From: Catajapyx aquilonaris
Lineage: Eukaryota
Assembly (NCBI GenBank): GCA_000934665.2
Contig: JYFJ02001951.1
Coordinates: 45,750 to 65,749 of the forward strand
Reading direction: 5' to 3'
DNA: 20,000 nt
A program made the position numbers and the translations under genes. Below, piece by piece: positions 11,518 through 20,000 of the stretch. How positions within the stretch are numbered: the stretch's first letter is position 1; the number at the start of each line of letters is the position of its first letter. The notes under the pieces are model-generated. The model was not told where the DNA came from. It did no database searches and was given only the letters and a program-made list of their open reading frames with translations.

Positions 11518-12187
11518 GAGATCGTGACTGGTACGCACGACTCGATATGCATCTGGCTGCGGTACATCTACTCTGCTCTGGTACCTGCCGTGGTCCTGGC
11601 AATGCGGAAGGAGATCCGGAGCAAGGCGGAGACACTCTTCTGCTGCTGCTGCACCAACAATGGTCTGTACCAAAGGCCGATTAGGGCCTATGTCAAGAAG
11701 GAGGAGGTCAAGGTCATCAGCAGGAAGTCCTCTGCGTTTAAAGAGGTGGCCAGTGTCAAGACCCCTGTCCTGTTCGTGACCTCTCAAGGGCTGCACCTGA
11801 GGTTACTCCACGAGCAGTTCGAAGGTTTCTCCGACCACCTGGACCAGCTGGAGATGACCAGGTCCAACTGGTCACTCGAGCCAAGGTTCAAGTGCGAGTT
11901 CTGCGACCTGTTCCTGCCGTTGAACACGGATGAGCCGGATGAGGCCGGTTCGTCGTTGGTTGGCTCGACATCGACAGTGACGACTGACGTGAGCAGGACG
12001 TTCAGACAGGACATGTCCGACATCCAGCGGGTGACTGCTCGGTCCCATCGTTACTCCAGCATATCCAACCTGGCCGACACTGCCTTGAGTCTTACGGCCA
12101 GGAATGGACGGAGGAGTGTGGTCAGTCGATCAGAGAGCAGCCTCAGGAAATCTCAATCGACCAGAAGCTTCTCCGATGCAGCTCTCG
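11518..12187 (+). CDS. Orphan GPCR, coding exon 2 (TM7, helix 8, Ser-rich C-tail); start could also be 11509 or 11515
   Basis: In-frame AG acceptors end at 11508, 11514, 11517 and 11520. Translation ICIWLRYIYSALVPAVVLAMRKEIRSKAETLFCCCC (TM7, helix 8, Cys cluster). Strong phase-1 donor G|GTGAGT at 12188, after which GC-rich codon usage stops. Confidence 0.78.
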
Positions 12188-13352
12188 GTGAGTTAAGTGG
12201 TGCAACTCGAGTGTTTGGCTCCTTCCTTAGCTTTGTTACTAATCCAACAAGTGCCACACCAGGTTGGCGTCGAGATGGTTTATTTTTATGCGATGAAAGG
12301 GCTATTGTGTGTACCGTTCTGCTTAGGTCACTTCTGGATACAAGAGCAGAGTCAACATGCACTTTTTCTCACAAGTTCAGATTGATTCTTGTTCCGGGAG
12401 AAAGAAAAAAGGTAGCTCACATTTTACTTGCTCAAAATATCACAAAGCTTACATGTGCATTTGAGTTGTTGGGGGGGGGGGGGTGCAATAATTATGCGTG
12501 AGTCATTACGCCATATGCAAATGTGTATGATCAACTGAACATGTCAAAAAAACAGACGACTCCTAGGATTCAGTGGATTAAAATATAAGGTGATCATATC
12601 ATAACGAACGAGCCAAAATCCGGAAACGTCTCCTAAATTAAATAAATAAACGCAAAGACCAATAAAATAATATGTAACTTACGAGTAATAAATTGCTTCA
12701 AGCAAGAAGAACTGTTTTTAAAAAACATTGAAATCGATCCGATTAAGTAGGTGTCTTATTGAGTCACATGTATGCTATGAAGGGTGCGATAAAAGTGTCT
12801 ATAAATTGATTTCGTTATTGAGCTTTCATTCATGTCTTGGCGGGTTATGGTCAAGGTTTTTTGTTTTTTTTTGCAACAACACGGAATGAACTATATGTAC
12901 GTATAATCAAAGTCAGATAAGCTGCTCTGATTGCAGCCAGTGTACTGTATACGCATCGCTCTATTTACAGGGGTGCACGAAACATGATTCATGCTTCTAT
13001 TCATGATAATTATTGTTTACAAAGGACATGCCATGATGAGGTTTAATCACATCATCAAGTACAGTACATGGGCTACTGCAGGCATGTTCTTCACAGTACT
13101 TGATGTGCACGGCAATGGAATTTGTCAAAGGTTCCCTCAACATATTACAGGCCAATGACATATTGCTCATTATTTTGAACTCGGCATTGATATGACTCGG
13201 GATATTACGAGTATTTTACGGATCACAGCCTTTAGCATGTGATTGATGCCGATGTGTATGACTCTAAAATATAGATTAAGTCTGTTGCGGCTTATTAATA
13301 ACCAGTGAAAGGAGGCTTATTGTATTTTACATACTGGAACTTGATTTTCCAG

Positions 13353-13468
13353 GTCCGCCTCCCCCATCATCGTCCCGCATCAGCCAAGTGAATCAGGATC
13401 ACTCGTCTTCCACAGGAATAATCAACAATCCGTCGGTACAACACTCGGTTGTCAGTGAGGATGCGTGA
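13353..13468 (+). CDS. Orphan GPCR, probable terminal coding exon (GPPPPSSSRISQVNQDHSSSTGIINNPSVQHSVVSEDA*)
   Basis: Acceptor ttgattttccag| ends at 13352 and is phase-compatible with the 12188 donor. Locally GC-richer open frame ends at TGA 13466-13468. AATAAA follows at 13926 and 13997. Confidence 0.62.
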
Positions 13469-13925
13469 TTATTTTTTTGTGTAATTTGTAATTTGAGGAC
13501 AAAGTGCGTAAAGGTGATTTCCAGCTGAAAAAATGGAATGAACTAAGAACATGGGACGAATATGCAAGACCTCGAATCCGGGTTGCGTGGTTATTATTTG
13601 TAATTAGAGTCACATGAGATCTGCATTACTTATTGCTGAGATGGCCAATTTAAGCTTCGATTGTGTAACTAATGTGGTGTTGAATTTATGGTAATATTTT
13701 TTTTACAAAAATTTCTTCTTTTACCCTGCTGCACTTAAGCCCTATTTTTTCTGCAGCCACTCCTTGTCAATTTCCAAAATGATGTTTTGCGAGATTGATT
13801 CTACATGTTAATTGTTGGAGACGATATTGCATCAGTACAAAATTTCATGCACGAACTATTGCAGTTGGGCCTATTTAGAATACAGTTTATTCGTACTCTA
13901 TCAGTGGCAGACAATGACGGCAAAC

Positions 13926-14002
13926 AATAAAATGACGTCATAATAATGGTTACACGAGATGTGGACGGATTCACATCCGATCTATTTGAAATTGTGAATA
14001 AA
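13926..14002 (+). terminator. Candidate polyadenylation signals of the GPCR gene
   Basis: AATAAA at 13926-13931 and 13997-14002, about 460-530 nt after the predicted stop. Confidence 0.4.
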
Positions 14003-14056
14003 GGGCGATGACGGTTGTCAATGACGAACAGATTTATGCCATTGTTTTGGGCGGTG

Positions 14057-14062
14057 TTTATT
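14057..14062 (-). terminator. Candidate polyadenylation signal of AKH (second one at 13886-13891)
   Basis: First minus-strand AATAAA I found after the stop, about 290 nt downstream. Confidence 0.5.
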
Positions 14063-14349
14063 GAACCTTTTTAGATATTACATAGTTTGCTGTCGCACCC
14101 CCTTTTTTGACATGACTTCAAAAGCGACGACCAGTGTCATCAAGCACGCAGATTATCCCGGAGGACAGTGAGCAGACAATTTTCTAACCCTTTGTGTGAG
14201 AGGAACTAGCGAGTTAATAAGGTGCCAGAAATGTACAGAGCAACACAATTGTGTGGTGGGTGCATTTTGAGAATTCGAGACATCTCGTTGTGCTGCCAGA
14301 AAGTTCAATAGTCTATAGATCTATCTTGGTGCAGAATGAGACCAGCATG

Positions 14350-14394
14350 TTACTTGAGGTACTTCTGGCATTCCAGAAAGCGCTGGGCTTCATT
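14350..14394 (-). CDS. Akh: AKH precursor, terminal coding exon (NEAQRFLECQKYLK*)
   Basis: Acceptor tattatttccttccag| in phase 0. Encodes the typical EAQxxxxC end of the AKH precursor-related peptide, with its second Cys. TAA at 14352-14350. Intron 14395..14690 (296 nt). Confidence 0.92.
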   Translation of the reverse strand, partial: NEAQRFLECQKYLK

Positions 14395-14690
14395 CTGGAA
14401 GGAAATAATATGGATGGTAAGGTTACTGATTTTTTGACAAATAGTCATTTGGGTCTTCATAAAGGGTGCTCTATACAATTATTCACAGCCAGATCACTTT
14501 AGAAAGAGTTATCCGGAAGCATCCTCATGATCAAGGTCTGTTTTATGAGTTGGCCAGTTTGGACATTCAATCGCACAACCTTCTTCGTGTGTTATTAATT
14601 TCAGTCAAATGCACACAGACGGGATGGGAGCAACACAGAAACGACAAGGTCGTGTCCCCAGTGTGTATTCTATAGTGATGTTGTAAGTAC

Positions 14691-14900
14691 CTGGACCAGC
14701 TTGTAAATGTAGAGGATGTTGTCCATGGAGTTCCTGCATGCAGCGTCCGCCGAAACCCCGTTGCTGCTGCTGCTCTCGGATGACCTCTTGCCCCAGCTGG
14801 GAGAAAAGTTGACCTGAGCTGAGGCCAAGGAGGACAGGAGAAGAAGGGAGCACACCAGAGGCGCCAACACCGCCATCAGAGTCGAGGATCGTTGCTTCAT
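14691..14900 (-). CDS. Akh: Adipokinetic hormone/RPCH-family precursor, coding exon 1: 28-aa signal peptide, QVNFSPSW-GKR, most of the precursor-related peptide
   Basis: Acceptor tgttaattgcag|GCA ATG (ATG 14900-14898). Translation MKQRSSTLMAVLAPLVCSLLLLSSLASA-QVNFSPSW-GKR-SSESSSSNGVSADAACRNSMDNILYIYKLVQ. Shows Q1, F4, W8, amide-donor Gly and dibasic site. Phase-0 donor CAG|GTACTT at 14690. Confidence 0.95.
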
Positions 14901-15011
14901 TGCCTGCAATTAACAACAGAAAACAAGGTAAGTCCAAATAATGTCAGAGAGTGCAAAGATGGGTTCACACGTTGTGGTTTGGTGGCCTGCGACAGTAGAT
15001 CCAACCGCAAC

Positions 15012-15294
15012 GACAACGACGTCCATGTGATAAAAAAAATTTAATGTTTCCCCAACTCCATTCGACTGGCAGCTCAATCACATGGCATGAACTGGCTCAA
15101 TTTACTTTGACAACTCGTTTATGACTTTTGTTGGCGCAAAACAGGTGCCCTCACTGTTGTGCGAAAACCATAAAAGCGGTTTTCCAAATGGCATGCTGAC
15201 TGTTGTTGGAAACAACTTTGATTGGGTCGATTGGGCCACACTGCCATTCCCCGAACTTAACCAATTAGGAGTTATTTGGGCGCAAATCAAAGGT
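15012..15294 (+). mobile_element. Degenerate IS630-Tc1-mariner transposase fragment (Sailor/DD82E-like spacing)
   Basis: PELNQLGVIWAQIKG (15250-15294) resembles the recalled motif PELNPIELIWAQVKG. It is preceded by frameshifted RL/PHCHS (cf. RLPPYH). A DN..H...PNS....NWL segment starts at 15012, about 85 codons upstream. Stops and frameshifts are present. Confidence 0.45.
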
Positions 15295-15801
15295 GCAATT
15301 TGTGCAAGTGCTAATTGATGTCTGGACCGGAAGCATTTATAGGGTTACAAAATTGCTGTGTGGTATTGTTTCCAAACCGTTACATTTTGACCAGTTTGCA
15401 GTTTTTATAATATACTGAATGAGTGAGATGATTTTCTCGACCGTTATTCTTTTGGGATCTGATGCGCTTGCATTATTTGCTACAGCAGAACATTGGAAGA
15501 GTGATGCGAGACCAGTTTCATCGGATTTTAACTCGGCATGTTATGCACAAGCGCAATGCAATTTTGACACATTCAGAGGAAATTGAGGGAAATAATTTCT
15601 CCAAAGTTGCCCTAAATTCTCAGATCACCTTCAGTCAGGGCTTCAGCGTTCAATATAAGGAGTGTACAGGCAAATATAATATTATATTGTTGGTTGACAA
15701 TTGGTATCCTGGCAAGTGTCCAGACTTTAGGTCACCATCGACACCATGTATTACTATACTGTACTGTACAATACCACAGCAAGGGTCAAAAGGCGTCTTA
15801 C

Positions 15802-15890
15802 CTCGAATGATACGTAGCAGATCGTTCCCAGGGAGAGGTGAAGAGTGCTTTGTCAGAAGTTGTCTGTCGGTTGTTCCCAAGCTGGCTGTT
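15802..15890 (-). other. Akh: Probable non-coding first exon of the AKH gene (5' end approximate)
   Basis: The AKH ATG is 3 nt after a splice acceptor, so an upstream exon is needed. Strong donor GAG|GTAAGA at 15801-15796, with a TATA-like box about 110 nt upstream and no ATG in between. Confidence 0.6.
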
Positions 15891-15912
15891 CTGCTGCCTA
15901 CCTGTCCTCTGC

Positions 15913-15920
15913 TTCTTATA
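15913..15920 (-). promoter_or_regulatory. Candidate TATA box of the AKH gene (TATAAGAA)
   Basis: Minus strand reads cTATAAGAAgc, upstream of the candidate first exon. Confidence 0.5.
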
Positions 15921-18900
15921 GTTGGGGCCTATGGGGTTGCAGGGGGGTGAGTGGGTGGAAAAGGTGGGAGGACTATCATGGAGAGAAGCGCAGATCTGTG
16001 AAGTAGTTTCTTCCACGCATGATGCTCCAACTCTTCCTTTTTGGAGTCACTCAGCCTTTATTGAAGGGCACCTTTGTGATTAACACTGTCAACTTAATCA
16101 GGCTTGATTGGTCCCCTTCAGGTACCAATCAAAGTTATTGGCCTTTTTCTACGTATTCTCCTTTTTGTATTGTCAACAACCTCGGATTCCTTATGAACAA
16201 TGCGCAGTACAGGCTCTTGCTTTTATTTGATGGGTATTGAGAGATACGTTTTTGTTCTATTTTTTCTCTCCTCTGGATCTGCCTTTGGACCAGCCCGCTG
16301 TGGAATCCCAATTTTGGTCCAAGTACAGTGTGGGATGCTGCATCACTTCAACATCAAAAAGACCTTGTACTTTGTCTTGTCCGGTCTAGTACATTCACCT
16401 TCATGAAAAGAATTGCTGAGAATCGTACGCATGCATGGAAAGTAATGATTTGTGAAAGCACTGATAAGATATATGTATGGATACAATGCCGTTATATGTT
16501 TCGTCCGAAACTCTTTATGACGTAAGTACAGTATATAGTACTGAGGGAAAGGTTGCTGGAAAAGTAATTCCTTCGACTTAATATTTCCCTGCCTCGACGT
16601 ACTGTACAAAGATAATCCGCATATTGCAATGTTGCTTTCACTTGTTAATTCCACTGGCCTCGGCATTTACCAAGCTGCATATATTATTAATCCACTTCTT
16701 TTTTAAAAAATAGGCGCGATAGTAATTGAGCCTGGTACTATAATTTGCGGATGTGGTGTATATACGTTTGACAGGTTTAGTGCTTGGAATGAGTTTTCTC
16801 CGCCAGAAAGAGTAAATGAAAGGATATTGCGCCCTTTTACGCCTGGCCAAACGCGCGTTCTCGAGAGAAATACGATGGCACAAGATGGATGGTTTGGCCT
16901 CATATATGCCATGTACCATTGGAATTTAATGTGGACGAGGATGTGATGGGTAGGCAGGCACTGGGGGGTACGGCATGGGGGCGGCGGGTCTGGGGCATAT
17001 AAAGGAGACCTTCTCAGAAACACCCACTTCTTATCGAACCCCTTTTTTTTTAAAAAAAAAAAACTAATATGAAAACAGTCGTTAATCGCAATTATTGGAA
17101 TAACAAGAAAATGTTTGTTGAGCGGGATCCTGCTGATGCACACACGAAGCATATAAATGGGATTTTCGACAGGTAACCGGAGGCCAAATTGAATTAAAAT
17201 GATGTGAACTGAAGAATGGCGCAGATTCACGCATGGTTTGCACGATGTGTATACGCCACACTTGCTCATGAATAGGTCTTATGGACATGAATAATGCAAG
17301 GGAATGGAAAACAGCGACATGCATTTATGCGACTTATGCTTTCATATCATTACAACAAGTGGTTTATAACTAATACAGCAGTTACTGATGTAGCCTACAT
17401 TACGCTAAGTTGAATATTAAAATTTGAAATGTAGTTAAAATGTGGGGTCTGTTTGCGCATTTTGCATTTTACCTCTGCCACATATAGAAAGATCGTGCAT
17501 GTTTACTACGAGTACGGCATTATCTGACAGTGAAATTAAAATATCACGGTTTAAAGCACCATTTATGACATTCATTATTCAAGAACTTGTTGCTCTTTCG
17601 CATGGAATTTTATTTTCTGAACCTGAGCGGAAATTGCAACTCTCCTGGGGGAGTTTTCCAAGCACTTTTTATTTGCCAATAATACCAGTTGTAGCTCATC
17701 ATTTTAGAGGGGAAATATTTCACAATTTCAGTTCTTTTTTGCATGATTATTCTTCCAAATCTGCTATAGCTTGTCAATCAAATGCACACACAAGGCATTC
17801 TAATTTCATATCTTCAAAACGATTGGTTTCTTCGCGGAGTGAATAACATTTCATGCATGTTGTATACTGCATAGACCGCCTACATCAAAAAGAGTATAGA
17901 TATCGGAAGACTCCATATATAGATGCTGGAGGAGTCAACCTTGGTCAAAGCAACAACACCATCTTTAGATTTTACTAATTCCTCCCAAAACCAGCATGTC
18001 CACATGATATCTTGGCTACCACAAAACCACATAGTATGGAAGCATGTAATGGAAGAATTGAACATGCAATCCACACTGAATGTTATAGCGCTAATGTAAC
18101 TACACATATAAGTCATCTGCGCCAGACTTATAAGCTGTTGATTGCTGCAAGCAAAAGTTACAGCATTTTCCTATATCTTTGATGCGACGCGACGAAAGAA
18201 AACATGATTACATTATTTCCTACGCAGAATAGAAAAAATATATATAGAAATGTCTTGGAGCCAAACACTCCCCAAATGGCATATGTCAGGGAGCCTAAAT
18301 AATGATACAGTATGCCATATGTCAAAAATTACCTCAATATTTCATTCAGATTGAATGTCGCCTGCAGAGTATGTGGTGCAAATTACTTCCGCATTCACCT
18401 GGTTTACGAGTATAGAAACATTCCACCAAGTAAGAGAAAGAGATGAGTACAGTGTGTGTAATGAGATGTGTCAGGTACAGTTACACTTAAAAAAACAGTA
18501 AGTTAGTGAGCATTATACTCCTAAATTAACTTGATCCTCCCTTTAACCCTTGACCCTTGCCTGTTGATGACAAAAATGGCCAAGTAAAAAGGGGTGACAC
18601 GACAGCTCTTCCAGCCCCAGGAGAAAAGGGGGTACCAAGGGCTATTCCTTGAACATAATGCAGTGTCCGGCAAGATGGTAAAGAGCCTTTGCAAAATCCA
18701 GACGTTGGATTTCTCACATATATTTTGCCTTAGTGTCGACTTAAACAAGGAAAAGCAATCCCATCCCACCCCCTCCCCTAGAGTTTTATTTTTAGTCTCG
18801 TGTGTGTGCAGCAGCATCTTCAAGAGTCCTCCCTCGGCAGGCCTGCTGCCCACCAGAGTAATTGCGACTCCGGTCCCTGGTGGGTTTCTTCTATAACATG

Positions 18901-20000
18901 ACCTTTCAGAGGAGGCCCCATAAATCTTACCTGCTTTTTCCCTCCCTCTTAACTCTATAATATAGACTAAGGAAGGAAGGCTAACCTTTCGGGTCTTTGT
19001 ATATGAGATATTAAAAACCCCGAGTGGGTCCAAGCAGTTAAGTGCCAGTAACCTATTTTTGTACACGTGAACAGGCCTGTGTAGGAGTATCCGTCTGAAC
19101 TGGCAAAGCTGTACATACAATATGTCGCGGTTGATGTAAAGCACGCTGAATTGCTATTCACAGTAGGCTACTTTTAACTGGAAAATTGATTCGACTTGAA
19201 TAAGGACCCGCAATGTATAGTACACTGTAGGATTCCTGGACCACTGAACCGTTTTTATTCAATGTGAAGAGAAGAAACTAAAAGTACGCAAAAGCATACA
19301 TCATATTTTATTTCAATAGCGGCAAGGTCTATATTGGTTCGCCCTTCAATTTCAATGTCCCTAGAGTAATTAGAGCGTCCGGAATGTCTTATTTTAGGGA
19401 GCTTACAAGACTGTGGGAGATCGACGTAGATGGCGTGGACCTAATTGGTTGTGTATTGATCTGGCCTAGCATAACTTCGAGTCAGTAGGTATGAATTTAC
19501 CAGCCCAAGCCTACTGTAATGTGATCACTTCGATTTGAAAGCAAATTTCGAACCTCTTTTATGAAAGTGACGTAACCATCAATCCAGAGTTCATGACAGT
19601 ATATCGAAACGTTTCTATGGATTGTTCAAAAGTGGCTCACAGGGGAAATAGAGCTGTTGTCGCCTCAACGAAATAATGGCTTTATCGCCATTAGCGCCAA
19701 AATCATAAGGGTCTGGACTCTAGAGGAACTAGTGTCTTTCTTTGCTCTTCTCCAAGGACACGTGTGGAGTTTACCTGCGGATCACTCAATAGTTAAGTAG
19801 TTTAACACATGCCATGAAAACATATTTATTACGACTGAAGACTTTTCGGTCAAAAATCCAACTTTCCGTCACTTTGGATTAAATTCATCTGGTCGTTTTC
19901 CGCTGTGAAGGTGGGATTAAAGGTCAAGAAGACGCAATCCAGCCAGGAGTGAAGAAATACTCTAGGAATGCAAAACTTGCCACCGACACGCAGATATGAG

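Noticed and set aside
11453..11527. Overlapping ORFs 10619..11527 and 11524..12501 as two genes or a frameshifted pseudogene
   Set aside because: A short AT-rich GT-AG intron restores one continuous 7-TM frame.
13033..13105. ATGATGA box plus a 10-bp inverted repeat (13053-13062 / 13096-13105) in GPCR intron 2, as snoRNA or miRNA
   Set aside because: No suitably placed CTGA D box, and the stem is too short and interrupted for a pre-miRNA.
10619..14900. GPCR as the cognate AKH receptor (ligand-receptor gene pair)
   Set aside because: AKH/RPCH receptors are GnRH-receptor family members that keep DRY-like, CWTPY and NPxxY motifs. This GPCR lacks them.
18521..19144. 207-aa minus-strand ORF and donor CAG|GTAAGA at 18931/18930
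   Set aside because: No recognisable protein features or codon bias, and the donor cannot be tied to a supported exon.
19939..19962. Minus-strand EYFFTPGW after a hydrophobic stretch, resembling a second AKH (FTPGW)
   Set aside because: No N-terminal Gln, no G-K/R-R processing site, and a stop four codons later. It sits at the window edge and is most likely chance.

Overview
Eukaryotic (arthropod-like) genomic DNA with three spliced genes. (1) + strand hexosaminidase D-like GH20 gene, CDS join(3107..3490,4852..6678), 736 aa, with an N-terminal type II membrane anchor. (2) + strand orphan class A GPCR with non-canonical motifs, CDS join(10619..11452,~11518..12187,13353..13468), about 540 aa. 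(3) - strand adipokinetic hormone/RPCH-family precursor, CDS complement(join(14350..14394,14691..14900)), 84 aa, mature peptide pQVNFSPSWamide, with a probable 5'UTR exon and TATA box near 15.8-15.9 kb. The GPCR and AKH genes are tail-to-tail. A decayed IS630-Tc1-mariner (Sailor-like) transposase fragment appears to lie in the first AKH intron. The rest is intron, UTR or intergenic DNA with microsatellites. I see no clearly new biological system; the best leads are the atypical GPCR, its convergent arrangement with AKH, and its possible isoforms.
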